Notes: generated by a model not told the origin, from the sequence alone. A DNA stretch of 61,238 nt from a virus (IMGVR_UViG_2974514734_000001:96683-157920), one strand, 5' to 3'; shown: positions 28,722-38,352, numbered from the stretch's first letter. Translations and numbers: made by a program.

Positions 28722-29033
28722 CTAATCTATCCATATTTCAGGTTCGGGGATATCAACCATCTCCACCGTTTGATTCTTTAATTCGTGGAAACAGTCACCA
28801 AGGAATTGTAATTTACCATCAGTCAAGAACAAATGACAACGACTCGCCGGATCAGAATGATTCACCAACAGACTAGGAGTGAAAGTCGGTGATTCGAGAT
28901 CGTGATTCCATTGCCATATTGGGCCAGGCATTTGCCCTGAAATGCGATAAGGATGAAGCATATTACATCCAGGACAATGAAAATATATGGAACCACCCAT
29001 TGATAATAATTTTGGAGTCAATAATTTTGACAT
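28722..29033 (-). CDS. DUF6527-like Zn-binding protein
   Basis: FHCPGCNMLH, W.WN.D..SPTFTPSLLV, RCHLFLTDG..QFLGDC.H. Confidence 0.65.
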   Translation of the reverse strand: MSKLLTPKLLSMGGSIYFHCPGCNMLHPYRISGQMPGPIWQWNHDLESPTFTPSLLVNHSDPASRCHLFLTDGKLQFLGDCFHELKNQTVEMVDIPEPEIWID

Positions 29034-29034
29034 A

Positions 29035-29313
29035 TCACGCCTCCACTTCTTCATCAGGATTGTATGGGTGTAATTCTCCAATTAACTTAGGGAATAATGC
29101 GAATCCAAATAAATTAAATGAACGCATGGTGCCAACCATACCCACTTCATCCGATTCGGTTACATCAGAAAGAGCGCAAAGAGGTATCCATAAATCTTGT
29201 TGGCCTTCATGATTGACAAAAGCAACTTCCTCTTTAATAAAACGAGGGCATAAGATATCGAACAACCAATAGAAGAAAGTCAGCAATGAGAGACTGCGGA
29301 AATATACAAACAT
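29035..29313 (-). CDS. Hypothetical protein with hydrophobic N-terminus
   Basis: Start corrected to ATG 29313. Confidence 0.6.
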   Translation of the reverse strand: MFVYFRSLSLLTFFYWLFDILCPRFIKEEVAFVNHEGQQDLWIPLCALSDVTESDEVGMVGTMRSFNLFGFALFPKLIGELHPYNPDEEVEA

Positions 29314-29355
29314 GGTGAACCCCTTGCTTGTTTGGAGGGAATTCACCCTCCGGAT

Positions 29356-30687
29356 TTATAGGCCCAATGCCTTTTCAAGATCATCTAAATCTTCAGTATA
29401 AAGATCGATGTCTTGCTTATTATTTAATTCTTCTCGTTGAACTTCTAAATTCTTTATCTGGTTCAACAAACGTTCACGGGCATCTAGTGTAATTGATGAT
29501 AAAGACATCTTGAATAAATCATCGAGATCGCCATCAAAATCAGGATAGTCTGTCTGGAATAACGCTTTCAGTTCCGTGAGGCTCCGGCGCATATCTGTAA
29601 CGACAGCCCACCCAATGAATATGGCACGATTGTTCAAACGGTGTATTTTGTCGGTCAATTCCTTGATAAGATACTGACGTCTATCTTCATAGCGACTCAG
29701 GCGATAATTGAAAAATGGAAGCAACATATCTTTCCAACCATCATAACGGTGAATAACACCATCTTCATCCCAAGCTGTCCACACGGGCTTATTAGCTGAG
29801 TAGAGACGGAACATTTGTTCAACCTGTTCGTCATTCAACTTAGACAATTCACCCCGCTTGAATACAACAGTGATATCCCAACCATCTTCGGTCGTATCGT
29901 TAGCATATTCAGTGAGTATGCCGGATTTGTACAACGGCAACAACACTTTGGTCTCATAGGTTTTAGAGAACCAACCAATAGGAACCTCGGTGATGTTCAG
30001 AGTGGTTGCATTGACGCGGGTGAACAAACCACGACTGTATGCTCTTCCTTCCTCAGTATAGCCTGTCTCTCCTTTGAAACCATTCCAGTACGGTTTTAAG
30101 TCCTTCGGGTCTTCGCCACGGAGAAGTGCTCTCAGGGCACTGAGCACGGACTTAACGCAGTGACATGGGGTGTCGGTGGCATAACCCGAGCCGATACCAT
30201 TGATACCATTCACGAGAAACATGGGCAGGATGGGTAAAAAGAATTTCGGCTCCAGTTTCTCTTCCCCAAGATAATTGTATTCCAATATCCCATCGTCCTC
30301 CTTTCGGAAGATCTTACGGATAACTTCAGACACTGCCACTGAAATATAACGAGCGGAAGACGCTTCGCGCCCCATGATTGAACCAAACTGTCCGTCGCGG
30401 TCAAAGTATGGGATGTTATTCGTACCTGGGAACCCCTGAGCCATGTTCACGATCGTACCGCTCATGTTCTCACCACCGGATTTGTAATTCGTGCGAGCGG
30501 CGGCGAACATGCCAAGGCGGTCAACAATCTCCTCCTTGTTGTATTCAAGAGCAGCGAAGAGTATCTTGCGCTGGCTTGGCTTCAGGCTGTCAATCAGCTG
30601 AGGGATTTGACGGATGCTGTTAACCACGGAAAACTCTTTATGATCCCCGTTGATAAATTCTGTTACGGTAATACTTTTAGCAACCAT
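29356..30687 (-). CDS. 52: DNA topoisomerase II medium subunit (gp52, GyrA-like)
   Basis: DSLKPSQRKIL, active-site SARYI, LVNG..GIGSGYAT. Confidence 0.95.
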   Translation of the reverse strand: MVAKSITVTEFINGDHKEFSVVNSIRQIPQLIDSLKPSQRKILFAALEYNKEEIVDRLGMFAAARTNYKSGGENMSGTIVNMAQGFPGTNNIPYFDRDGQFGSIMGREASSARYISVAVSEVIRKIFRKEDDGILEYNYLGEEKLEPKFFLPILPMFLVNGINGIGSGYATDTPCHCVKSVLSALRALLRGEDPKDLKPYWNGFKGETGYTEEGRAYSRGLFTRVNATTLNITEVPIGWFSKTYETKVLLPLYKSGILTEYANDTTEDGWDITVVFKRGELSKLNDEQVEQMFRLYSANKPVWTAWDEDGVIHRYDGWKDMLLPFFNYRLSRYEDRRQYLIKELTDKIHRLNNRAIFIGWAVVTDMRRSLTELKALFQTDYPDFDGDLDDLFKMSLSSITLDARERLLNQIKNLEVQREELNNKQDIDLYTEDLDDLEKALGL

Positions 30688-30688
30688 C

Positions 30689-32602
30689 TTATTCATCCTC
30701 GGTTTCAAATAGGCAAACATCGCTAAACCAGGTTTTTCGGTAATCAGCAGCCTCATCACCGAAACCATTCTTCAATGACTGCTTGTATCCATCGTCCAGC
30801 GTGACCGTCGTAGTATACGCATCCAGGTTGTTTAGAATACGCTTGAAGTCTTCAGTGCTGTTACCGCCAAGACCTTTCAGATATTTCTTCTTCGTGATCT
30901 TCTTGGCGTCGGGTGTCTTCAGGAACTCCTCATATTCGGCATTGTTCATGAATTCGTACATTATATTACCACACCACACGCGCATGTATGGAGTACGAAG
31001 GAGCTTCAGCCTACCCTGACGAACGTATTCAGGCCAGAACGTACAATACAGAGTTATTAACAACCCACGGATATGAATGCCGTCGTCATCCGCGTCTGTT
31101 GCCACGACGGTCTGTGGATAGCGACTGATATCAAGCGGTTGGCCTGGCACAGCACCGCCGTGAATGGTGCATAAATTCTTGAATTCTTCGTTCGCCATCA
31201 CTTTTGAGCGCGGGGCGTTCAAGCAGTTGATAAACTTACCACGAAGCGGGAACAAACCAATTTTCTTGGTATCACGAGCGTTCAGGATAGGGTTGGATGC
31301 GCTGTCACCTTCTGTCAGTAGCAGAGAACACCCACTGCGGTCGCCTCTGGCGGTCGCCGGATAATACTTCTCAATCTCACGATAATCCCGTTTGCTGATA
31401 TCCTTCTTCGCCTTTTCAAATTCGGCATCTTCTTGTTCATTGCGTAATGAAGCCAGTTCTTTACTCAGCCCTGCTGTCACGAACTCAAGCGCCTTGCGAA
31501 TCAGTTTATCGCTGGGCTTGTAGGACGTACCAAACTGGCTCACAGGAGTCGTCATGCGCTCCTTGGTCTGGCTGTCAAAGCGAGGGTTGTTGATGTCGGC
31601 GGCGATGAACAATGACATGTGGTTCTTGATCATCGCTGGCTTCAGTTCGGTCTTGAACTTCTTAACCAGCTGAGGGCGTATAGCCGCCACGATCTGGTCA
31701 GCAACATAATCAACGTGAGGTCCACCGATGTGCGTGGCGATTGAGTTCACGTATGATGCATGCATGAACGCACCAGATGAGGGAGTGATAGCAACAGACC
31801 AATCATCCGTTTCATCAACAGCCGAGCCAGCGTAGAAGTAATCAACGAAATGACCAAATCGATCAATGCGGATTTGCTTGCCGTTGAGAACAACCTTCAG
31901 GCGCGGGTTGCATGCCGCCACTTCGAATGCACGACGGTAAATCATGAGCAGGTTGTTCTGGTCAAGCCCCTTAACACCCAGGCGCGCATAATCAGGGATC
32001 CAGGCAATAGTGGTGCCGAACTCTTTCGGTGTATTGCCGATGACCGGATTGGACTTCTTGCTCATGTTGTCTTCAAACAGCTGAGTATAAGACTTCTTGC
32101 CGTCACTGGTAGCAACGCGGAACCACTTTGAGAACACGTTGACGAGCGAAGCCCCTTCACCGTTCTGGCCGCCGGACTTCTGGTTGTTGTACTCCTCGTC
32201 CTCATCGTTGAAGTTGCTGCCCGCATAGAGCGAGCCAAACAACATCTCAGGGAGCCACTCATTGGTGACGCCATGCTTGACCACAGGGATACCCCCGTTG
32301 TCAGAAACGATGATTTGACCGTTCATAGGGGAGACCGTGACGGTGATTTCCGTCAAGCCTTTACCCTCAGGGGTCTTGCTGTGGTCAACACAGTTGGTGA
32401 TGATTTCATCAAACTGTTTGATCAGCGCAGGGGAGTACTCAAAGTTGTCACGGAAGATGACTTTGTCTTTGGTTGGGTCATACACCCACACCGTCCCCAC
32501 AGACGAACGGATACTGCCCAGATGACGCTCTGGGCGAAGTAGGATATGCTCTATGTGAGTGAGCTTTTTGTATTTGCGTTCAATATCAATTTTGTTGGAC
32601 AT
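30689..32602 (-). CDS. 39: DNA topoisomerase II large subunit (gp39+60 fused, GyrB-like)
   Basis: EHILLRP, GGQNGEGA, LTEGDSA, PLRGK, TDADDDG, KYLKGLG. Confidence 0.95.
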   Translation of the reverse strand: MSNKIDIERKYKKLTHIEHILLRPERHLGSIRSSVGTVWVYDPTKDKVIFRDNFEYSPALIKQFDEIITNCVDHSKTPEGKGLTEITVTVSPMNGQIIVSDNGGIPVVKHGVTNEWLPEMLFGSLYAGSNFNDEDEEYNNQKSGGQNGEGASLVNVFSKWFRVATSDGKKSYTQLFEDNMSKKSNPVIGNTPKEFGTTIAWIPDYARLGVKGLDQNNLLMIYRRAFEVAACNPRLKVVLNGKQIRIDRFGHFVDYFYAGSAVDETDDWSVAITPSSGAFMHASYVNSIATHIGGPHVDYVADQIVAAIRPQLVKKFKTELKPAMIKNHMSLFIAADINNPRFDSQTKERMTTPVSQFGTSYKPSDKLIRKALEFVTAGLSKELASLRNEQEDAEFEKAKKDISKRDYREIEKYYPATARGDRSGCSLLLTEGDSASNPILNARDTKKIGLFPLRGKFINCLNAPRSKVMANEEFKNLCTIHGGAVPGQPLDISRYPQTVVATDADDDGIHIRGLLITLYCTFWPEYVRQGRLKLLRTPYMRVWCGNIMYEFMNNAEYEEFLKTPDAKKITKKKYLKGLGGNSTEDFKRILNNLDAYTTTVTLDDGYKQSLKNGFGDEAADYRKTWFSDVCLFETEDE

Positions 32603-32651
32603 CGGCCTATCCCGTCAATGGTAAACACACAAGATTATGTATGGGGTTGGC

Positions 32652-33230
32652 TTATAGACCAAATTTACCACGCCACTTTTCAACTTTGTGTTCTATGGCA
32701 TGTTCTACTTTAACGATCGTGTTGATATGGTTTTGATTATACCCACACGCCAATTTGGCAGTATTGCGTATCAGATTTGAAACCAGGTCCACCATATTAT
32801 CTTCTGAACGTTGAGGTTGGTTCAGTAAACGAGTGATGCGGCCTTTGTAATGATTAACCATCGCAAGATATTTGTCTATAGTTTCAACACCACTGCAGAA
32901 CCAATAATCCTCCAACGTATGTTGGCTGAGATCAGTTGTGTGATTGGCCGTAGCCAAAGCAAACACCATGGAGTCAAAGATTTCTTCTTTGGTCATAGAC
33001 CCATGTTGTTGAACTTGTTGATAATCCACAACATATAATAGATCCAGAGCCGAGATGATAACGTCCGCCACTTCACCGTTCAGGGGTTCGGATGCAGCGA
33101 TTCCATAAAGCACATCTGATAGTTCACAAGACTCTTCCACGAGTTTGCAATATACAAACACAGGAGAACGATTAGGATCGCGCTGGCTGAGTTCATATGA
33201 TGTGTTGAAGATAATTTTTAGAAAATTCAT
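32652..33230 (-). CDS. MazG-like NTP pyrophosphohydrolase
   Basis: KLVEESCEL and EVADVIISALDL (ExxE...ExxD). Confidence 0.7.
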   Translation of the reverse strand: MNFLKIIFNTSYELSQRDPNRSPVFVYCKLVEESCELSDVLYGIAASEPLNGEVADVIISALDLLYVVDYQQVQQHGSMTKEEIFDSMVFALATANHTTDLSQHTLEDYWFCSGVETIDKYLAMVNHYKGRITRLLNQPQRSEDNMVDLVSNLIRNTAKLACGYNQNHINTIVKVEHAIEHKVEKWRGKFGL

Positions 33231-33712
33231 TTCAAATATCCTTCTAGACGGAAGCGGTTAATATGCTGTATGATAAAATCCATAGAGTTTTGAAAACTGT
33301 ATTTCCCCTGATGCTCATATGCATGAATAAGGGGAAGACGGCTGTGGGCCAATTGGAATCTCAACTTGGATGGCATTGTCAGCAATTTTTGACTCGTCGC
33401 TGCGATAATGTCTCGTTTAAATTTGGGATCATCAGGGGACAATACAAAGATGCGTGACTTGGCCAGGGTTTGTCCAAATTGCTTGGCGTCGTTCCCGTAA
33501 AGACTACGCAAGTCGTCGTGGCGATATTTTAGCCAATACCAGTAGCCTTCTATTGAGTTGAAATTACCATCAACAGTATCCATGGGATGGTATGCAAAAT
33601 GGGAAAGGAATCTGCCTAGTTCTGTGCGACTTCGACTGTATATGTTGTAATGGGTCTTACCTTCACTATCCGGCGTCATACGTTCTTTTGGAACATTGAG
33701 TAATGGGAGCAT
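33227..33712 (-). CDS. NADAR-like (T4 gp30.3-like) protein
   Basis: LGRFLSHFAYHPMD...FNSIEGYWYWLK...AKQFG resembles the NADAR LSNF...F.S.E...K core. Confidence 0.5.
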   Translation of the reverse strand: MLPLLNVPKERMTPDSEGKTHYNIYSRSRTELGRFLSHFAYHPMDTVDGNFNSIEGYWYWLKYRHDDLRSLYGNDAKQFGQTLAKSRIFVLSPDDPKFKRDIIAATSQKLLTMPSKLRFQLAHSRLPLIHAYEHQGKYSFQNSMDFIIQHINRFRLEGYLK

Positions 33713-33755
33713 GATATAGGGTCTCAAATCAAAATTGCTGTGTGTGTGTGTTAAA

Positions 33756-33947
33756 TCAGATCTTTTTGTACGCTTTCAAAGCACTAATAACCGAGACGCC
33801 GCCAAATAGAACTAACAATATGAATCGTTCCATCCTGAAATCAGGAAGGGAAAGCAGTCCCACAAGGCTGTCTAAAGCAATCATGAACGTTACTCCAGTC
33901 AGCATGCCCAACTTAAAGGAGTTGGAACCTCTTTTGCAACGTAGCAT
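33756..33947 (-). CDS. Small two-helix membrane protein
   Basis: GGAGG RBS; two hydrophobic segments. Confidence 0.6.
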   Translation of the reverse strand: MLRCKRGSNSFKLGMLTGVTFMIALDSLVGLLSLPDFRMERFILLVLFGGVSVISALKAYKKI

Positions 33948-33993
33948 AAATCACCTCCGATTCAAATGGGGAGTTCTCTCCCCACACAGATAT

Positions 33994-34503
33994 CTAGCCC
34001 AGAAACACTACTAAAGTCAAATTTGTGAGACTGGTCCGAGCATCCTGCAACATTTCACGGGCAGCGGCTAAACGTTTTACATCATGTAGAGTGTCAGAGA
34101 ACACGATTATGTTAGCCTTATCGATCCTGGTCCCCATGAAATGGGTGATTGTCGTCGTGCTCTCTTTCTTGTCGACATCAGGGATAAGTAATTCTTCGCC
34201 CGTCTGAGGGTTGCGGGAAGGATAGAAGAATGCATCACGTTCACGAGAAGTATGGAAGACGCCAAACACATATGCGTCGTTTTCGACCTGAAACTTTTTA
34301 GAAAGTAGTTTCTTCAGAGCGGCTGTATGTCCGGTCTGGCGGAGCATTCTGTAGTAGAGCATGTTGCCGGAGCAAATAGGGTCTATCACTCCCCTAATTT
34401 GACGTTCCTTTTGTATCTCATACGCATCTGCCACAAGCTGCTGGATCATATCGACATGGGCATTCATGGAGATTTCTATTTTACGTTTGATCATAGATTG
34501 CAT
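33994..34503 (-). CDS. Hypothetical protein
   Basis: 169 aa; contains RQTGHT, a degenerate P-loop-like string. Confidence 0.7.
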   Translation of the reverse strand: MQSMIKRKIEISMNAHVDMIQQLVADAYEIQKERQIRGVIDPICSGNMLYYRMLRQTGHTAALKKLLSKKFQVENDAYVFGVFHTSRERDAFFYPSRNPQTGEELLIPDVDKKESTTTITHFMGTRIDKANIIVFSDTLHDVKRLAAAREMLQDARTSLTNLTLVVFLG

Positions 34504-34570
34504 TTGGTATATCCTCAGTTAGGTTCCGCTCATGGGGAACGGGTCCATTATACACCCAATGCTGGAAATG

Positions 34571-34592
34571 AAAAAGAGGCCGAAGCCTCTTT
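34571..34592 (-). terminator. Intrinsic terminator (UUCG loop)
   Basis: Minus strand: aaagaggc-ttcg-gcctcttttt. Confidence 0.85.
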
Positions 34593-34812
34593 AATCGTCG
34601 TATTGGCCTGTCCTGAAATTCCATTTTCGCGCCTTGGATAAATCCAAATCTTTGAAAATGCTGCCAAAGATCTTTTTAAAATCAGACTCTTCTTCAAGAT
34701 CTTTTGGTTTTTTGACAGGCTCCTTGACCATACCGCCTTCGGGTTTCCCCACATCGGCGGTCGTGGTTGCCGGAGCAGAAGAGTCTTCAAGGAAATCCTG
34801 GAAGCTCTTCAT
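34591..34812 (-). CDS. Putative internal head protein with capsid-targeting sequence
   Basis: N-terminus MKSFQDFLED matches the T4 IP signal MKTYQEFIAE; late operon context. Confidence 0.6.
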   Translation of the reverse strand: MKSFQDFLEDSSAPATTTADVGKPEGGMVKEPVKKPKDLEEESDFKKIFGSIFKDLDLSKARKWNFRTGQYDD

Positions 34813-34815
34813 AAA

Positions 34816-35625
34816 TTACACCACAGCCATTTCACAACGAGTAGACGTGACAGAATGGCCATCTGCATCAGAAACAACACACCAATATTCGCCTTCATTT
34901 GCGGCTTCAACTGCTGTGATAACCAGGTTAGCAGTGGCGGCGGTGGCATTAGTGCCAGCATCGATAACTGACCCCGCACCCCCAGGAGTATCAGAGAAAT
35001 GCCACACATAAGTGTATGGAGTTGTACCACCCGCAGCAACAACACTAAAGGTTCCGTCTTGTCCAGAAGTTACGTCTTTGGTGGCAGGTAAATCAGTCGA
35101 CAGCGACAGAGCGCCTGCAACTGTAATAACCGTAGAATCTGTGTGATTCCCTTCAACCGTGACACCATAAACCGTTACAGTTCCTGAAGCCAGCAATTTG
35201 AATTTACCACCACCGACATGTACAGCTTTCGTAATATCACCAGAATACCAATTAACGCCTTGATATGTGGCATTGGCAGGGGATACCGTCGCTAGCAATT
35301 CAACAAATTGTCCGATCTCTCCGCTGGCTGTAGCTGGAGTAATCACAAGTCCGGTGGTTAAAATGGCATTCGGATCGTGGATTTCATAAGATACTTGAAA
35401 GCCGATAGGCTTGGTGGGATCCACTTTGGTGACACCGTCCGCTTGTAAATTGCTCTTGGTGAGCAGAGCGTCAAGACCTTTACATTCGGTCAGGATCTCA
35501 TCAGGATCTTGGTTGAGGCTGGTCTTTTGCCAACCCTTTGCAACACCCGTCACGACATGATTGCGTTCGGTTTCGGGTTTGTTGCGGACAACTTCCGGTG
35601 CGACTAATACTGTGATTGTTGGCAT
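34816..35625 (-). CDS. Ig-like domain virion protein (Hoc-like / head decoration)
   Basis: Big_2-like (ATVSPANAT.QGVNWYS) and Ig (FSVVAAGG..PYTYVW...GEYWCVVSD) domains. Confidence 0.8.
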   Translation of the reverse strand: MPTITVLVAPEVVRNKPETERNHVVTGVAKGWQKTSLNQDPDEILTECKGLDALLTKSNLQADGVTKVDPTKPIGFQVSYEIHDPNAILTTGLVITPATASGEIGQFVELLATVSPANATYQGVNWYSGDITKAVHVGGGKFKLLASGTVTVYGVTVEGNHTDSTVITVAGALSLSTDLPATKDVTSGQDGTFSVVAAGGTTPYTYVWHFSDTPGGAGSVIDAGTNATAATANLVITAVEAANEGEYWCVVSDADGHSVTSTRCEMAVV

Positions 35626-35996
35626 GGTTTCCTCCACTCATCCAAATCGTTGTTCAGAGCCATCATCAGCTCATTATCTGGTTCGTATGAACCGGAACAT
35701 AAATCATCTCGCCAAACTCCTAACGTCAACAGCGCTGCTTTAAGACGAGGATGTTGGTTCTTATCCGTTTTCAACACCAACATTCGACACACGGCTTCGG
35801 TTTCAAAGGTATTGAAAAGGATAATCAATTGATTGATAAGTACGCGAGGACTTTTCCCTGGCACAAATCTTTTCAATGATTGATTAATTAGCGAAATTCG
35901 CTGAATGTCTACCATCAAATCATCTCTTGAGACACCAGGGGTGATATAATGTCTTAGAGCGTACTCCATCAAATTGCTTTCGTCAACGATAGCCAT
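35604..35996 (-). CDS. Conserved T4-superfamily late hypothetical protein
   Basis: YALRHY.....DL..DI.RI..I..SLKR....RVLINQLIILFNTF pattern; late promoter upstream. Confidence 0.7.
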   Translation of the reverse strand: MAIVDESNLMEYALRHYITPGVSRDDLMVDIQRISLINQSLKRFVPGKSPRVLINQLIILFNTFETEAVCRMLVLKTDKNQHPRLKAALLTLGVWRDDLCSGSYEPDNELMMALNNDLDEWRKPCQQSQY

Positions 35997-36023
35997 ATTG
36001 AATTATAATCAGCAGTTATACAC

Positions 36024-36036
36024 TGGGATTATTTAA
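36024..36036 (-). promoter_or_regulatory. Late promoter TTAAATAATCCC
   Basis: TAAATA core about 35 nt upstream of ATG 35996. Confidence 0.55.
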
Positions 36037-36442
36037 TCTGCAGTTTTTCAGTCAATTGCGAGATTATTTCATTACGGTCAGTCGCGTCGATACCCAGGGG
36101 TTCCGCAAGTGTCTTAAGATCATTGATATCAAGCAAAAGAAGAACTTCAACTGTAATATCGGTTGATACCACAGTACCTGGTTTCATAGGTTTACCGAAT
36201 TTATCTAACCCGTAACGGCGCAAAGTTCCGGCAAGTCCGGTGAGTTCCTCTAGAAGCTCCTTAGAGCCGTCTTTATATTCACACACCCAACCGTAGTCAC
36301 CAGCGTAGACAATACCGCCGTCGCCGCCCTGAGGCACGTTATCCACCACACGCTGAAGATAACTGGGAAGTTTATTTTCTTCCTGTGCAGTGATTTCTTG
36401 AATGGTTTGAGTGTTTTCAATTTTCTTTTGTGTCTTTGCCAT
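36029..36442 (-). CDS. Hypothetical protein (possible tail-fibre-associated)
   Basis: GGAG RBS before ATG 36442. Confidence 0.7.
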   Translation of the reverse strand: MAKTQKKIENTQTIQEITAQEENKLPSYLQRVVDNVPQGGDGGIVYAGDYGWVCEYKDGSKELLEELTGLAGTLRRYGLDKFGKPMKPGTVVSTDITVEVLLLLDINDLKTLAEPLGIDATDRNEIISQLTEKLQIK

Positions 36443-36722
36443 GATCAGTTCTCCTATAGACTGTAATATATTTACCACAACAATTGCAGCAATAAACATG
36501 CATGGAATATCCGTCGTCGTTAAAGTCACAGCCGCCACAACGACAAAATAATTTCACGAACTGGTCGCCTATGACTTCTCTCGGAGGAAAATTCCTGAAC
36601 GAGTATTCCTTGAGTTCTCCATCAAATTGGAATGAATCAACAAGGAATTTTGTTTTCCGGCGTAATGAACCAAATGCTTGTTGTTCATACACGAAGTAAA
36701 CATCTCTAGTTTCCATATTCAC
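36417..36722 (-). CDS. Hypothetical protein with CRCGGC/CCNCC Zn-ribbon
   Basis: GAGG RBS; two Cys clusters. Confidence 0.65.
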   Translation of the reverse strand: MNMETRDVYFVYEQQAFGSLRRKTKFLVDSFQFDGELKEYSFRNFPPREVIGDQFVKLFCRCGGCDFNDDGYSMHVYCCNCCGKYITVYRRTDHGKDTKEN

Positions 36723-36729
36723 CTCAAAG

Positions 36730-36754
36730 AAAAGGAGGCCGAAGCCTCCCTTTT
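36730..36754 (-). terminator. Intrinsic terminator (UUCG loop) after rIIB
   Basis: Minus strand: agggaggc-ttcg-gcctcctttt. Confidence 0.85.
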
Positions 36755-36768
36755 ATATCCATTTACAC

Positions 36769-38352
36769 TTACTTGTATAGACCTTCAACATCAATGGATT
36801 TATGTTGGCGGTTGTATTCCGTGGTGTAATCGTCTAATACCAGATATTCACAGCAGCGGATTTTACTGGAGCCATAATCATCAGTGATAGACACGATATC
36901 TTTCGGGTTCAGTTTGCAACGGACAACGCGTTGTCCCAGGCTACCAAAACATTGTTTCAGATAAGCCAGAGAACAAACGTGAAGACCGTAAGAGCACAGA
37001 TCTTTGTTGTTATCGTTCACGAATGAGCGAGCCATCCGAACAATGGTGCCAGGAGCATTACTAACTTTTCCTGTGCGCTTGTCCATGTAGTTACCGCGAA
37101 CGGATTTATACAGGATGATATCACCGTCTTCATGAATTTCGATATCCGAATATGCCATGAATTCATAGATTCGACCGGACTGAACCAGCGCGGCGCTCGG
37201 GTTTTGGAACATTTTGTCCAGAAAACGACCCAAGCGTTCTAAGTTCGGATAATCGCCTTTTAATGCCAGTGCCAAAATGCGTTTGGCGACGGAAGTTCCC
37301 GTGATGTCATAGCCACCCCAGCGAACACGATTGTCTGAAAGGTCAACCATGCCTGTGGTGAATTTGCTGATGGCTTCACGCGGTTTCATCAGAGTGTACG
37401 CTGTTTTGACGTCACGATTTTTAATCGCTTCAACAATACGATCATACGCCTGATGGCTTGTGGTTATCGTTTCCGGTTTGCCATCCATAACGATAACGAT
37501 GCTTTCCGGTAAAATCATGATCTGGTGCTCATTCAAGAACACTGACAGATCTTTTTCTTTAAATGAGTTTTGAGTTTGTTTGTCGCCAGACTCTTCCTCA
37601 ACAGCCGTTGTCTTAACCGAGAAAACAACAGACGACAACGCCAGTCGAAGTGTACGCCCCAGAATTGCGTCAAAGTATCCCACACGCCGACGGGCATCAA
37701 GGGAACCGCGCATCGGGTATGTTTCGCCGTCATGTTGTACACTGATTACCACGCCGTCATTGACTTTGGTAACGCCATCAACCAGTGCTGTCGCCAATTC
37801 GGCCAACGGAGAAATGTTTTCTTCATTGAAGCGGCTTGACCGAGTTTCTAACGGTTTCAGTTCTTCGCTTCTGAAAAGTTTGGCCTGAATAGCAGCAGAG
37901 CTATCGTAACGCATACAGATAAACACTGTTTGGTTTTCCAGGAAACGGCCAACATACCATTCTTCGCCTTCAGAATCGACAGACACCGAACCTTCCAGAA
38001 CTTCATAGGTGTCGGGGATTTTCCCTTCTTCAGTCAATTCTTTAATTGGCGAAATCACGACCACGTTATTAGATTCTTTGATGATACGAACCATCAGGGC
38101 GCGGGCAATTGTTTTGGCACTGACGCCATAAACTGATGCCAGAGAAGAATTGCTTTCACCTTTGCTGCTCTTGGTTTGTATTTCTTGAATCTGTTCAGTG
38201 GTCAGAGACTTAATCGAAGCTGGATCCACTCCCAGTTCTTTATCCGACACGCGTTGTATCATTGAGCGCGGTACGCCCAATTCACTGGCTATTGAACTTT
38301 GACTTCTGTTCTCATTCAACAGCTTGAGAATACGTTTTTCTATAGCATTCAT
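36769..38352 (-). CDS. rIIB: rIIB protein
   Basis: N-terminal HTH motifs; GDIILYKSVRGNY.D; V.DNNKDLCSYGLHVCS; KIRCCEY.V. Confidence 0.93.
   Translation of the reverse strand: MNAIEKRILKLLNENRSQSSIASELGVPRSMIQRVSDKELGVDPASIKSLTTEQIQEIQTKSSKGESNSSLASVYGVSAKTIARALMVRIIKESNNVVVISPIKELTEEGKIPDTYEVLEGSVSVDSEGEEWYVGRFLENQTVFICMRYDSSAAIQAKLFRSEELKPLETRSSRFNEENISPLAELATALVDGVTKVNDGVVISVQHDGETYPMRGSLDARRRVGYFDAILGRTLRLALSSVVFSVKTTAVEEESGDKQTQNSFKEKDLSVFLNEHQIMILPESIVIVMDGKPETITTSHQAYDRIVEAIKNRDVKTAYTLMKPREAISKFTTGMVDLSDNRVRWGGYDITGTSVAKRILALALKGDYPNLERLGRFLDKMFQNPSAALVQSGRIYEFMAYSDIEIHEDGDIILYKSVRGNYMDKRTGKVSNAPGTIVRMARSFVNDNNKDLCSYGLHVCSLAYLKQCFGSLGQRVVRCKLNPKDIVSITDDYGSSKIRCCEYLVLDDYTTEYNRQHKSIDVEGLYK

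Noticed and set aside
33739-33750. (TG)6 microsatellite
   Set aside because: Short, intergenic and single; no evidence of phase variation.
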